Shown: positions 16,460-34,084, numbered from the stretch's first letter. The stretch: DNA of 64,000 bases from Octopus vulgaris (GCA_951406725.2 OX597814.1:70680001-70744000), one strand, 5' to 3'. Made by a program: numbers and translations. The notes: a model not told the origin generated them from the sequence alone.

Positions 16460-16940
16460 TCACACATCGCGAAGGTGGCGACAATGTGCAGACGACTCAC
16501 TGGCTGGATCCTGGAGGACATTCCGGACAAGAGACTGCGAGACCATGTTTACACTATGGAGGACATTTGTCCTAAGCCGCCTGGACTACTGCTCCCAACT
16601 GTGGTCACCGCATAGTGTCAAACTAACCACAGGTCCCGTCTTCCACATCCAGGGTAAGGAGCAGATACTGTAATAGCCTGGGGTTCAGGGGCCCTCAGCT
16701 GTTCAACAAACTGCCAAGAAAACTAAGAGATCTACATGATGCGGATGTGGACATTTTCAAAAAACATCTAGACAAGCTGCTTTCCGGGATCCCAGATGAA
16801 CCCACTGCAAGGTATGAAGGTAACCTAAGGGCAGCAGCTACAAACTCTCTCTTAGATCAGTGGCCAGCCACGGCAAACTGGACTTAGAGAGGGTAGCAAC
16901 AAGGGCGGTGCCCAGCATGGCCTCAGCCGGATGGCTGACA
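16460..16940 (+). mobile_element. 3' fragment of CR1-group LINE subfamily A with an internal deletion
   Basis: Matches 14924-15097, then jumps at ~16630 to the equivalent of 15320-15630. Confidence 0.9.
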
Positions 16941-18588
<1,648 letters not shown>

Positions 18589-18604
18589 ATCAACCTGCTT
18601 AACA

Positions 18605-18985
18605 ACCTGCACCTCACAGTATAAGACTGTCACTTGCTTCTCATTCGGATTCCCTGATATTTTCGCATGACTGTACCATAAATCTCTTCACAAAACTGGA
18701 TGATGAACTATTGGACATGCATATATTCTGTAAGTTCAAGACTTTTCATCGGATCTCCAAGAATCGAACTTATCTGCGATTCTTGTAAATTTCAATAACA
18801 ATCTGTTCCTCTACACGATATGACAGTCACTTTGCTTCTTACTCGGATTTTCAGAAATTTTGCATGACTGTATCCGAATATTTCTTCACACAACTTGATT
18901 AGCAATTCAATATGAGCTATATGTAGACATGCACAAATTCTGTAAGTTTAAAACCTTTCATCGGATCTCCATGAATCGAACTTTC
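18605..18985. repeat. Diverged ~200-bp tandem duplication
   Basis: gactgtcacttgcttctc...gcatgactgta...ttctgtaagtt...tttcatcggatctcca.gaatcgaactt occurs at ~18625-18770 and again at ~18823-18982. Confidence 0.75.
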
Positions 18986-19290
18986 TTCAATGCAGTTAAT
19001 CTTACACCCTCTTTTGTATCTACCCCTTTTGATGTTTGGGAATTCTCTGATGTTTTTTCGGCTGACGAGTACGAGCCATCTGTATTCACTGCATTTTTTG
19101 TAGCTTATTAAAGATGTCCTCGTACGAAACGATTGTACCGAGATTTTAATCCATTCTTGTTGCTTTTTTCCTATTTGTAATCACCCCACTTGTCGTATGG
19201 TTAAAACCATATAGATTTCCGGTGCATCCTAGTTAAGGACCATATTCATGTGAATTCATTAGAATTCACTTGAATCTCAATTACTTAACC

Positions 19291-19396
<106 letters not shown>

Positions 19397-19528
19397 GTGT
19401 GTGTATATATATATGTGTGTGTGTGTTTCCTGCACCAGCTTCACATAACAGCCCAAGCCCATCCAAAGTCCCTTGGATTGCAGGACGGCCTGCTGTGCTT
19501 ACCTTGATCATAGGGCGAAATGCTGTGC

Positions 19529-19654
<126 letters not shown>

Positions 19655-19723
19655 CACATATATATATATATATACATATATACATACACATATATATATA
19701 TATATATATATACATATATACAT

Positions 19724-19792
<69 letters not shown>

Positions 19793-19809
19793 CACATATA
19801 TATATATAT

Positions 19810-20693
<884 letters not shown>

Positions 20694-20710
20694 GTGTGTG
20701 TATATATATA

Positions 20711-20952
<242 letters not shown>

Positions 20953-21196
20953 TCAAAAATTGCGAAGCATGACTGTCAACACTACTACATGAACCCGAAG
21001 ATTGCAGAATTCAATGCATGAAAGTACTAGTTCAATCAGAATGAATATTTAACATTCTACTATTTCATTTTATTTTATTCAATTATAATATATTATCTTA
21101 TAATATATCATTATAAGATTGTAAATAAAACGTGAAAATCAGACAAGGTTGGAATTCTTTTTATTAATATATTCTTCTATACACAATCACACACAC

Positions 21197-21327
<131 letters not shown>

Positions 21328-21427
21328 NNNNNNNNNNNNNNNNNNNNNNNNNNNNNNNNNNNNNNNNNNNNNNNNNNNNNNNNNNNNNNNNNNNNNNNNN
21401 NNNNNNNNNNNNNNNNNNNNNNNNNNN
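21328..21427. other. Assembly gap (100 N)
   Basis: N run. Confidence 0.98.
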
Positions 21428-22632
21428 TTTTTTGCTTATCCCTTATTTACTTACCTATGGATCCGCTTTATGATTATACGAGCGTCCGTGTACGTATGTA
21501 TACGTATACATATGTGTACATATGTACGATATGTGCGTGATTCTTTTTTACATACGTATACATCTTTTAATATCTTATAGCTATACCCATATGCGCGTAT
21601 GTCTCTGTGTGTGTATGTAAGTGTATATGTGCACGCACATATGGACACACAGCCGTGTGTGCGTGCACGTGTAGACGTGAGTGCGTGATTCTTTACATAC
21701 GTTCTTATATACATCCTTTAATATCTTATATCTAAACCTGGAAGCGTGGGCATATGTGTATGTGTATGTAAGGATGGACGCACGTATGTATATATGGGTG
21801 TGTACACGTATAATGTCCGTGTATACATGCGGATATTCTGTTGTATGTATGTATATGTACGCGCGTGCGTGTGGGTGTATGTGTGTTTATGTACATGTTT
21901 ACACGTGAGTGCGTGTGTATGCTTATAGGCTTGGAGCCGTGTATGCGCGCGTATATGTGCGCGTGTATATGGGTGTATGTATCCATGATGGTATGTATGT
22001 ACAAGATGACCAATTAATTCAAAGAACTAGATTAAACGCTCAACAGCTCTGATTTACAACACACTAGGTCCCCAGACGACCCTGTTGATTTATTGACACC
22101 CAAAACTTCTACAACTAAATTTTATCAATCTCCTGACCACCATGTTTGGTCCGTAACCTCTATACATCCCTTATCTTTATATTTTTTTACATTTTTATCA
22201 TGTTTATTCCTATTTTTATTTTTTTACTTTTTACTTTTATTTCTATTTCTATTTTTACTTTATAACCTTATGCCTTTACATTCATTTATATTTCTTTATA
22301 TTCTTTATATTCTTTATACCCCTTTACATCTCCTTATATCCCTTTATATCTTTATACTCTACATTTTTATATTTTTCTATACTTACACTTTTTATACATA
22401 CATTTTTATCCCTCGTCCTGAATTCTCGCCCCTCCATCTTCACGTCTATATATGTATTTATTTATTTACATTACTTCAACATCCAAATTTCCTCATTCTA
22501 CATTGAGAGAAGAAAGAGATGGACGCTTCAATTCTATGCTGTTGCCGCATTATGTCGTACGCGAATGAGAGGATTTGCATCCCCAACCAAGAATTTTTGA
22601 TGTAACACATGTCCTTGTGGAAGCTGTTGTGC

Positions 22633-22710
22633 GCGGCTGAAGAAGGCCACAGACATACATTATGCATTGTTATAAATCTGTCTAATAAAGGCCCGAAACA
22701 TATGTACCGC
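22633..22710 (+). ncRNA. Type I hammerhead ribozyme motif, probably in a PLE 3'UTR/pLTR remnant (~22005-22817)
   Basis: gcgg CTGAAGA aggcc...ggccc GAAA catatg TA ccgc: stem I gcgg/ccgc, palindromic stem III ACATATGT, GUA triplet. The pair closing stem II is an A.C mismatch. Confidence 0.7.
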
Positions 22711-22812
22711 TGAATCCTTGGCATCATGTTTTTATTTTGATCAATTTACTCCACCACCTACACCACCAAACGGTATACACAGGTGCTTATAATTATCAAG
22801 TACTCACCCCGA

Positions 22813-23321
<509 letters not shown>

Positions 23322-23323
<2 letters not shown>

Positions 23324-23400
23324 TGGAAGAACATTGTAGAAAATGAAGGAGAGTATATTTTAGATTAAAAAATAACTTTGCTTATCTTAATTTTGAATTT
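23322..23400 (+). mobile_element. Short mariner 3'-end fragment
   Basis: tgtagaaaatgaaggagagtatattttagattaaaa matches ~630-690. Confidence 0.6.
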
Positions 23401-23499
23401 TATCGTTTGGTTTGAGTTTAAAAGTTCAAAGTGGACTAAACCTTTCGTATCTCAACAAACAGATAACAATACATTATGTGGGGTGCCGGTATTTCTTAC

Positions 23500-24170
23500 C
23501 TACTGTCTTCGGCGCTAGACATTTTTATAGAAACCCCATTTCTCGTCACCAGCCACTAAAAAGATTCATTCATGAGACGAGACAGCAAAGTACACACATT
23601 CACTCGCTATGCATGATTACACTTGGATAGTTTGTGAGGGCCCATCGACCCAATTTGCTGACTTTTCCAATGGCACGCAGGTGCCGATGAATGGTTGAAT
23701 GACCAAATCCAAGCTTCACTGCTAGTTTCTCAACAGTTACGTTGGGTTTTGTTCCACCCAGGGTTTGTTTGCAGGATGTCCTTGTCGAGCTCTACAAATA
23801 TTCCAGCATGCGGCTCGCCTTCTAGGCTGTTGTTTCAGGCTCGAAATTTCTAGAACCACCGTTAACACCGGCTTACTCTTATTGTCCGATCCCTATATTC
23901 TTCACACTTTCCGTTGCGTTGTTGCTTTTATTGAACTCATAAAGCAAAATATGCCGAACATGCTCTTTTGTTATTTCCATTATAGTTTTGAAAAAATAAC
24001 TGTTAAAATCGAACTGCACTCTTCAAAACTTGCACTAAGAGTAAAGACAAGGTAAAAATTACTGCCTGCTTTTATAGCAAGTTGTTTATATCAAGTTGTT
24101 TATAGCAAATTTGTCCCCGCCTCCAGCTTTTATTTAGTCCATGCAATTGAAAAAAACGCATATGGGATGA
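23500..24170 (-). mobile_element. Mariner remnant of the same family as 1-741
   Basis: 23890-24070 is a diverged reverse complement of 1-175; ATG at 23980; GDEKW at ~23530-23550. Confidence 0.8.
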
Positions 24171-24470
24171 AGGAAAATAGGACAAGGTAGAACACGCTAA
24201 AATAATTTTATCATGGAGAACATTTTAGTACCTGTTTCAGTCATCACGTGAAAAACAGTGGAAAAGTTAAATGAAATGGTTTAAAAAAATGTTTCCATAG
24301 TATTCAAATACATGGGACATTTCCCTTTTTTCTGTCTGTTTGTCTCTCTCTTTTACTTTTGTGAAGGCTCGGCAGGTGGGAAGTAGCAGGTCTGAAGGAA
24401 TGTTTAATATGAGGGATGTGGGTTCTTGGTTTTGGTTGTTTAAGCAGCAGTAGCCGAAGAAGGAAACGGC

Positions 24471-24526
24471 GAAGAAGAAGAAGAAGAAGAAGAAGAAGAA
24501 GAAGAAGAAGAAGAAGAAGAAGAAGA
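24471..24526 (+). repeat. (GAA)n microsatellite
   Basis: Directly visible. Confidence 0.95.
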
Positions 24527-24753
24527 GGGAGTAGGAAAAGAAGAGAAATAAGAAAAATACGGGAGTGATATGTAGTAGGTTGTTGGTGAAGTGATCTTAA
24601 ATGGTCAAGCGACCATTTAAGATCACTTTTAAGATCGATCCCAAAATCTAATCAGTTCGTGCCTGTCACGAGGCCAAACATCTCTGAAAGTTTTATCCAA
24701 ATTCATCCAGCAGTTTGTCCACGGACAAACAAACAAACACGACTGAAAACAAA

Positions 24754-26741
24754 AACTGGGGAACAACAAAAACAATTATTGTCTGCTATCCAGATAATTA
24801 CTACTGTACTAAACTAACTCGAGTACGCTGATTCCCAATCTGAACTCAGAATTGCTGTAGCATGTCAGGATTTTGATTTATGCGCATAATTATATATTAA
24901 TACTATATTAGTATCAAGGTAAATAATAGTTATAATAGTATATTAGTATTGTATATAGTATATCTATGTTCAAGGCAAATAGTATTATAATATAATGGTA
25001 AATAGAATATTTATGTTAAGGAATACTCACTTTATTTTTGATATGCTCAGCTCAGAAATGTTTGAGACACTTGTTCTTGCGCTTATGCGTCGTACTGGTC
25101 TCATGTTGTTCCTACAACGTCATACATCATGTATGGATTGAACCAGCCTTGATACCTCGTTTCCATCTCAGATATGTCCTGGTGGAACCTCTCACTGTGC
25201 TCATCACTAACGACACCAAATTTTACTTTTAGGTACTGGAAGCCACAACCATCGTGTGATATTGTTTCATGAGGCCGAGTTTGCTGTGAAGGGGTGGAAG
25301 GAAGAACTTTTGCGGGTCTACCAGTGGAATATGCTGCACATTGTACTGACCAGCTATGAGCTCATCTCTTTTAGGCCAGTCATTTGTAGTGTAATAATTG
25401 CTGTCGTCACGGCTTTTCCAAACATACAAGAAACACATGTTTTTTTGTATATCCCTGTTGCAGTCCTAGGAGGAGGGAAATCACTACAAATATTTCACTT
25501 ATGAAGTAATTAACTCGTTGCAGAATGAGTTCCATCGATTCATAAGTTTCTTCCATACCGACAACATGACATATAGGAATGGAAGCTTTTTCATTACCAT
25601 TATGTAACAACACAGCTTTGAGGTTAACCTTACTTGAATCTATAAACAACCTCCATTCGTTAGCCACATGCTCGTGTCCTAGGTTTTGCATGAGTGAATT
25701 AACGTCAGTAGAGAAACAAGCATTATTTTCTTGCTTGAAAAAGACAGATAAGCCTTCATGGCGAGAACGGAGAATAGAAATTTTCGTACCTTCTCCTTTG
25801 TCAATGCCTGGCTTCTTACTAAATCGTTCAAATCTTCTTGATTAAATAAGCGTGGTTCATTTTTCTTAGAATCAACTACGTACTCTTCGTCGATATGAAA
25901 ATCATGGGGTTCATTGTGCAACGTATCAAGGTCTTCAAGTGAATCATGTGAGAGAGGAACTGGGACAGGGTTCTAGAGCCGACTTACAATCTGCATACAC
26001 AACTTTTGCTTTGGTTTTCTTTGAGAAACCACTAATATTAGTCATACGAAAGTAACAATCAGTGACATGATTGGTTGGCTCACGCCATACCGTTGGTACA
26101 GCAAAAGGCATTCCCTTCCGTTTTCCATTCAGCCACTGCGTAAGCCCTGAGTAACACACGGTGCAGTATATATGAGGCGCCCACTTGTCTTGGTTTCCAA
26201 CTCTACACTCGAAATAATATTTATAGGCAGTTTTTAATTTGATGGCAATGTTCTTCCGCTGGTCACGCGGAGCAAATTTTTCACAGACATAACAAAAGTT
26301 ATCTGGGCGATTCACACAGCTTCTCCTATTCATGATCTAACGCAATGAACACAGTTAAATCAGTAATCACGTAGAAAAAAAGATACACATATCAAACAAC
26401 TGCGAAAACGACACTGAGAATTACCAAGAACGAACTGACGTATTTGGCGCTTGCACACAATACGTCAGCGCCATCTACTGCTAAACTAAATAATGAACTT
26501 TCTTATCGTTTGTTTTATTACTGTTATTTCTTTAATTTTGAATTAAGGCCGCTTTCATTTTAGCAAATTTTATAATACGGCCTATATCTAGCCGAAAGTA
26601 TAGTTATAATCTTGCGCATACGCATAACTCAAAATTCTGACGTGCTAGAACATTTCTGAATGCAGATTCGGAATCAGCATCCTCGAGTTAGTCTAAAACA
26701 AATGCTTTTACTCCAGTAGCAAATATCTTTGTTGTCCAGTG
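24754..26741 (-). mobile_element. DNA transposon with ~130-bp TIRs; transposase pseudogene of TcMar-m44-like type
   Basis: CVNRPDNFCYVC...DKWAPH...MPFAVPTVWREPTNHVTDCYF, EWRLFIDSSKVNLKAVLLHNGN, LLLGLQQGYTK and LPPLHSKLGLMKQ. 24754-24887 is an imperfect inverted repeat of ~26615-26741. The family name is from recall. Confidence 0.8.
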
Positions 26742-26879
26742 CAATAATGGTTTCTTAATCAATCACAATGGGTTCATAAAAACATTGGGACGGTGCAAGA
26801 CAATACACTATGGGGTTACATAAAAAGATACATGTAAACAGTGAGAACGATAACAAAAATAAATTTTAATGACGAAAAA

Positions 26880-28300
26880 TTCCCCAAAAGAGGGTAACTT
26901 CCTAGGGCTGCTCGGAGAAAACTTCATAAAACTTAGGATGTCCTGACCACTAGGCGCATGCTTAGAGTAGGACCGATCGTTTGGACCATTCTTGCAACAT
27001 TCATCCGCATTTCAACAAAATTGTCGAGAGGCAGTACTTTAAATAAACTTGAAAAAGTTGATGAGGGCTTGGGCAAAGAGGAAAGTATCTACCTTCAGCC
27101 CTGTCAATCTGGTCCACCACACAACCTCTTTTACTAAGACCACCAGACAAAGAAACATTGCCATTCCCTTCCCTGTCAAAGGAAGCAGAGGGATTCTCTT
27201 CTCACTTGACTCAGCTGATAGCCGGATCAGTCCTACACGTGACAGAACGTATTCGACATAAACCCACAAATCAGCAATACTTGGACACTGGACGACAGCG
27301 TTCGGAATAGTTTCGTTGCTCTGTGCGCATCTCGGACAAGCCTGGCTTGCGCTACTTCGATGCTTGTAGAGTATATTCCGAACGGGCAATGCCCCCCACC
27401 ACCACCACTACCCTGTAGCACTGCCAGGTCGAGGATTTCTGAAAATTGTCCATAGGGCCTAGCCCGAAAGTCTTCGGGAACAGACCAGCCAGTTGGTTCT
27501 CATTGACACGCAGAGTCTTTCTGAGAACTTTATCGCTCTGCCTCAGTCTACTCTTGATCCAGGATTGCAGCTAAGACAATCTGTGGAAAAGGAAGTCTGA
27601 CAAACAGCGACCACACCTGCTCACCGTCAAGAAAGTGCTTGAGGTGTAGCCCTAGCGCATATCTGCGCATCAGTAGCCGCGGCATGTCCAGTCCTCCATT
27701 CAGCGGGTGTTGACAGCAAATGTGACGCCTGACCAGTGGAAAGTGGAGGAGTATGCGCTTCAGACGTAAACCATAGTAAGGCATGATGGTCAGACGATAG
27801 TATCACGGATGCGATATAAGCATTCGTCACCCCCGCCCGACCTTTCAGTGATAGCTTTCTCTTGGCCCATTTCTGGATGAGATTGGCCAGTCTACTCTTC
27901 GTCACCTGGAGATCCGGCCCAAATCAGACCCCGAGTAATATAATTGGTCTCTACGTTCAGCCTCCCACGACGTTATTGGGCGGCATAGATCTGCCTCTCG
28001 AGGTGCCGAGCTGCAGGTCGTCTGACTTTTCAAAAGGAACTGCTGCCACCAACCAGGAGGTGTGATTTTTGGCGGTATATTTAATATTCTTATTTTAAAC
28101 AACCTTCGGACAAGGTAAATTGAGATGAGGATGAGCGCATCACTCGATAGGCCGCGTTGAGTACTTTTTGGTCTCTTCCTCAGAGGCGAATCTCACTTCA
28201 ACTCTCATATTTTTTTTTCTTTCTGGCTATTTAAGTTTTACTCTTTCAAATATTGCAGACATTTTTCTAACTGCTGGTGCTTCTTGCTCTAATTCTACTT
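26880..28300 (-). mobile_element. Decayed L1/Tx1-like LINE: ORF2 C-terminal part joined to an ORF1-like fragment
   Basis: WAKRKLSLKGRAGVTNAYIASVI; CPRC...ETI...C zinc-knuckle region; upstream FKIRILNIPPKI (ORF1-like). Confidence 0.65.
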
Positions 28301-29539
28301 TTTGTTTCAATTGTTTTGTAAAAAGCAATCCGTAAATTAGTTTCTTACTGAACAGATCTAGAGACATTCAGTACCACATTTCGTCTACATTTCTTCCACA
28401 TAGATTTTGTATATTCATTTTTATTTATAAAAATTTCATCATTTGTTTGCTGCGTCTCGTCCGCGAAACTACTGACAACAGTTTTGCATGGTTCGTTTTC
28501 CTTTTTCTTGCTTTTTCAATAATGATATTGGTGGTGGTGTTGGTAATTGTGGGTTTGCTGTAGCCACTGGCGGTGGTGGTGGATGTGACAGTGTTCTTGC
28601 CAGTGTTTTTCTCGTAGACACTGCAGCTGATGCTGACTTTTACAATTTGGCTGCTCTGTTCTGCGGACAACTGGCTATTCTTTTCAGTGGACGAAGAATC
28701 CAGTAGTAAATTTATTTCTTGAAATCGAGTTGAAGAAGTTTGGGTATGTTGCACTGCATCTTTGCTTACACTCAGATATACAGTCTAAGAGAGGATTATT
28801 CAAATGTCTCTAAAAACTGTTTCTTTTCTCCAATTGCTTTATTTAAAAGTTGGATTATCCTTCGTTAGTATTACAGCTATTAGTTCACTGCAAAATCGAT
28901 TCTTCAGGAAACAATGTCACCATGAAACTAGTTGTAATGGGACCAAAGGACAGTTCAGGCTTTCGATAATTTTATTAGACTCGCTACATTTCTGCATCGA
29001 TTTCTATCTTATTTAGAACTTTTATATCTTCTAATGTAGCTACAATAGATTCTGTATTTCTGAGTCTAACAAGATGCATATTGTCTCCACGTAAGCCCAA
29101 CAGATACTTTACCTCCCAGAAATTATCAGAGCCATATCTGCCGACATCTGCAAAACTCTTGAAATTCCACCCCCTCTTACGTTTATTCTGTAGAGGTCCG
29201 ACAACTTATAGATGTTCTAATATCAATTATATTAATCCCACCAACGCAAGAAAACCTACTAGGGTCATGGCCATTACTCTTCTTTCTTTGATTAATTAAC
29301 AGAATATGCATACGTATACGTGAAAATGCACATGGTGTATTTTCACGTATGTAAATCTGCGAGCACTTTTTGAAATATATAGTTAAATTAGAAAAGCTAT
29401 TAATCTCCTTGTTTTTCTTTTATTATCACATTTTTTGGTGTATCATCGTGCCTGTGTTTTTAATACACTCGGAAGAAAATAAAAAATACATCTTATAAGA
29501 AAAAAGTAAAGATTAATGAATGTGTGTGTGTGTGTGCGT

Positions 29540-29581
<42 letters not shown>

Positions 29582-30370
29582 GAGAAGGGAAAGGGGGAAG
29601 ATAAAAGGAAAGAAAGAAATGGAGGAGAGAGAGAGAGAAAAATAGAAAATAAAAAAGAAGTCTATGAAATTGAAATACAAGAAAAAGGACAAAGGAAAAC
29701 AAGGTAAATGAAAGATTAAAAAACAAAACAAAACAAAAACATGAACGAATCCAAAATGAAGATGTTGAAGGAAGGAGCAAGAAGCTAAATAGCTTTACAG
29801 TTCCAATGAAATGAAACATAGAATGCAAAAGTAAGACTAAAATCATGACCAACAGGAAGAATCGTGACAAGAATCGCTTTCGAATGGTATGTTAAAGACT
29901 AATGAATTAACAGTCACGTAGTTTGAAAGAAAATTTAAATAAAATGCCATTTACTTAGCTCCCAACAGCAAACCGAAAAATGCACCATTTACATTATCAC
30001 TCCTATTTTTCATTTCAATAGAAGTTAGTGCTTGTATTTACTATCTCATAGTGCTTGTTTTTACTATGTTTTTTTTTAAAAATTTTATTTCGAATCCGTT
30101 GTGGGTACAGGTCCAAACAATGTGTTTGCCTTGAGTTAATATTGTAACGGTATGATTAAGAGGTTATCAAGTCCCTTTGTTTTTAGTTATGTTCAGTATA
30201 AATGCCTGCTTTGTATTTAAAACTACTATTATATAAGAATATAGAAAGGAAGATAGACAAAGAAAAAAACGTACACACACTTCGTTTACTTGTTTCGTGT
30301 GGTATCGCTAACATCTCCAGATTTACAGTCGAACTCCAACTGATGTATACTTCGCTAGTTTCATGGAAAG

Positions 30371-30720
30371 TTACATAACTTTCCCGGGATCGAAGTGACT
30401 AAACTGCAGCATGAGGTTCTCTGCATATTGCGGAGATACCTGACATGTTGGGAAAATATGGGTGTCACGATATCTCAACCAATGGCGGTTAGCCGCTCTT
30501 CTTCCGTAACTTGACCTCAACCTGTCTGCATACATCCACTGCTTTCTGGTTAGACGAGAGAAATCGAGCAAAAGTTCACTAAGTTCCCTGTGGTCCCGCT
30601 ACTCGAGGATGATCTCGCTATTCATTATCCAGGCTTCTTGAATGCTAACATTTTCTTTTACTGATTAGTAGAAAACTAATTTTAATGTTAGGCTTGTGCT
30701 GGTGGGTGCCGCGTAAGTTA
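30371..30720 (-). mobile_element. Highly decayed non-LTR retrotransposon C-terminal fragment (Ingi/Vingi-like)
   Basis: LTRKQWMYADRLRSSYGR...W..R...PTC...PQ resembles the LPRxxWxxLNRLRTGxGR motif. Confidence 0.4.
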
Positions 30721-30983
30721 TTTTTTTCAAGCGCATGACAGTGTTTGAATTTTTGATAGATGGTCATCTCTGATTAAAGGTGAAGTGGAACAAGTTATAG
30801 ATTTAACAGCAATTTAATAGCAATGGTTATAATCTGCATCATTTCATTTAACAGGGTGTCAGTTTTATTTGTTTGAGGGACTAAACTTCAAACCACACAG
30901 CCACACATAAAAGACAGAATTGTTGTATCGCCAATTGTTATGATGATACTTTTTTTACACTATAACCGTCTAGTAACAAAATA

Positions 30984-31850
30984 TGTAACGAAGCAGGGTA
31001 ACAACAACGTAACAATCCAACAAACTCTCCACGAACTATACACGAACCAACAAACAATATTCCGACAAACTACCAAAATGATACCTTACGACTTCTTGTG
31101 ATTAACGCCTACTTATGTCACTCAGACCGTTACTATTTATAGTCGTTCGGTCAGTCTATTCTCGCAGGGGGTGTCGTGAATCTCTCCACAACATCCTCCC
31201 TTTTGTGATTTCGACTTCCGTAGGAATCCAAATTTATTTATTTTATTATTTTTTTTCTTTCCAGCACCTCTCCCTTTTTGAGATTTTGATTCTTTAGGGA
31301 GTTCAATACCTTTTCCGCTTAATACCTTTTCCTAAATGTTCAGTCTGTTTACGTTTTCTATTACTGCTCCTTTTAGGCTCAATCTCTTTTGGTGTTGGCA
31401 CGTCGAACATGTCGTAAACACTTCCATTGGAATTTTCTTCCTTTCCTTCGTATGTTTAGTTTTTAATTGACTTAGGTGTCGTTTATGCTCTCATCGTTGA
31501 CCTTTTATTAAATACATCATGTTTCTAATTCTTTTTGTCACTCTACCGTCCTCCCAACATTCTTTACCGTTCTTGCATATTTTGAAATGGACTTCAAAAT
31601 GTTTTGTTGAATTTTTTGTATTTCCTCTATACGTTTTTTTTTTGTTTTATTTGGCAACAATCTGTCGAAGATAGATTTTATCTTCCGAGAAAACATTAGC
31701 TCTACAAGCGATTTGCATGAACTGAAATTCGGATTGGGCGTTATTCTATACACCCTTAAGAATTGATTTAGCGCTTCGTCATTTCCTAACTCGTTTCTTG
31801 CTCCTTTTAGTGCTCGTTTAAAAGTGTCTATGGATGGTTCTGCTTGCCCA
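30984..31850 (-). mobile_element. Gypsy 3' remnant: integrase fragment, PPT and 210-bp LTR (30984-31193)
   Basis: YRITPNPN...ELMFSRKIKSIFDRLLP; on the minus strand aaaagggagga directly precedes TGTTG...TTACA. Confidence 0.8.
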
Positions 31851-32484
31851 TATATATTGTTTAAGGTGTATTTCGTTAGGAACGCAGTAGAGTATAAAAT
31901 AGAACTTGCTCATCCTTAGAATTACCAAATAGCCAGAAGTATCATGTTATACTTTCAAGTCTAGGTTTAAGCATTCATCGGATGTGACAGTAAAATTGAA
32001 AAAATAGAGTCAACAAGAAGGACTACGGTCAGACAACTATTCAATAAACACAACACATGTTTCGATACAACATAGATCCACATATACACAGAATTTAAAT
32101 TAAGCAACGCTTTATCTGAATAACGGTATATATACACAGACATACATGCATACGTACGTATATACATTCATACATACATACATACATGCATACATACATA
32201 CATACGTACATACATACATAGATACATACATACATACAAACATATATATATATATACAAAATAAGAAAATGGAGAAATACATCGAAATCAAATATCAATT
32301 ACCAGATAATACTCAATCACGTACTTTATTAAACCACTACATAAGAAACTATAAGGTTATACATAATAATGCAGGGTAAAACAGTGTACATGAAGGAGTG
32401 TACATAAAATAGTAATGTTATAAAATAAGTAGAATACGTATAATAGAACATAAATATAAGTACACATAAATATAAATATAGACT

Positions 32485-32616
32485 ATATCTTACAGCTGTT
32501 TCGGCGATGTAGATAAGCATGTCTCATTCAACTCATATTAGCCATTTATGGTAGGTCAATATGTAGTTATAAATGAGACATTTACAAAAACATCCTAAGG
32601 CCTCTTCGGAGATTAC
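32485..32616 (-). ncRNA. Type I hammerhead ribozyme motif with long stem II
   Basis: Minus strand: atct CCGAAGA ggc...gatg...atgtctcatt...aatgagacat...catc gcc GAAA cagctg TA agat. Confidence 0.7.
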
Positions 32617-34034
32617 AAATTAGATTACATATATACTTATAAAGGTGTGGGTATATACCCATAATAAAACATATACATATACATATGAGTGCATATACTC
32701 ATACTCATATACATATAAATATAAATATACATAATGATATAAATAATAAGAATTAATAAACATACATATGCTCCGCTAATACTAGAGAAACAATACATAA
32801 ATTCATTATTAACAATATAGTCACAATAGTATTACAAAACCGTGCAAAGTGTTATATATCTGCATATACATACGAAATAAGAAGTACCAGCATTCTGTTT
32901 ATACTACATTAAATCCACAGGTGTACATATGTAAGTCCGATTTTAAGTTTATAGTTTTCCTTGTGACATAGATACACTATTATTTCAGAAATAATTACGG
33001 ATCTAGCGCTAAATTATGATTGACCTGTGGGTTTGAATTTAAATTACCATTGTCTTTCCTACGGTTGGTTTGTTGATAGCTTTAGGTTTCTACTACATTA
33101 GCGTAGGCAGGGGAAAAACTATACCAACATTTGTACACACACATACACGTACACGCGTACATCCGCACATATACATATATACTCTCATGCACCATGTCTG
33201 CAAACTTTCGCATATATTTATATACACATCCAAATATTCATTTGCGTCCTCATACACATAAGAAAAGCATATACATATATATCCAACAATGAATATACAT
33301 ATCAATACAAAACATTTTCATGTACTGTGATTTCAAATATTCGCATAAACATATATACATATTCAGATACGTACTTGCGTACTCATATGCATAAGAACAA
33401 CCTACACCCTTATATCCATCTAAGAACATATATATACATACAAACACATACATACACATACATATATATATGAACACATTTCGACATTTCTACCTATATT
33501 TACTAAATTACAAGATATATGACTGTCCATCAAAGGACGTATATATGCATACACGATAAGTAAGCAGAAATTTCTATTAATTAAGATATGAGTAAATTAA
33601 TTATAAATTTATCCATTCATTCTTCCCTTTTTTTTGGCACTTATTGTGCCAAAAAAAAAGGGAAGAATGAATGGATAAATAAATAAATGAATAAAAATAC
33701 AAGTAAAATAAAAATAAAAACATGAATAAATAAATAAGTAAATAAATAAATAAATAGAAATATATATGTGTATATATATATCTATGCATAGATAAATAGA
33801 TAAATATAATAAAATGCAAATTAAGATGAGTACAAAGATAAACTTAAAATGTGAGGATGCCTAACAAATACACGCAAAAAAAACAAACAAAAAAAAACCT
33901 TATATGCTCATCGAAATAAATACAGTATAACAATTCTTAACATTTATGTATTAACTTTGTTGGGTACCTCACTAGCAGTATATTGGATATATGGTATCCC
34001 ATGGTGGGTTGCATTTACAACCCCTATCTCAGTT

Positions 34035-34084
<50 letters not shown>

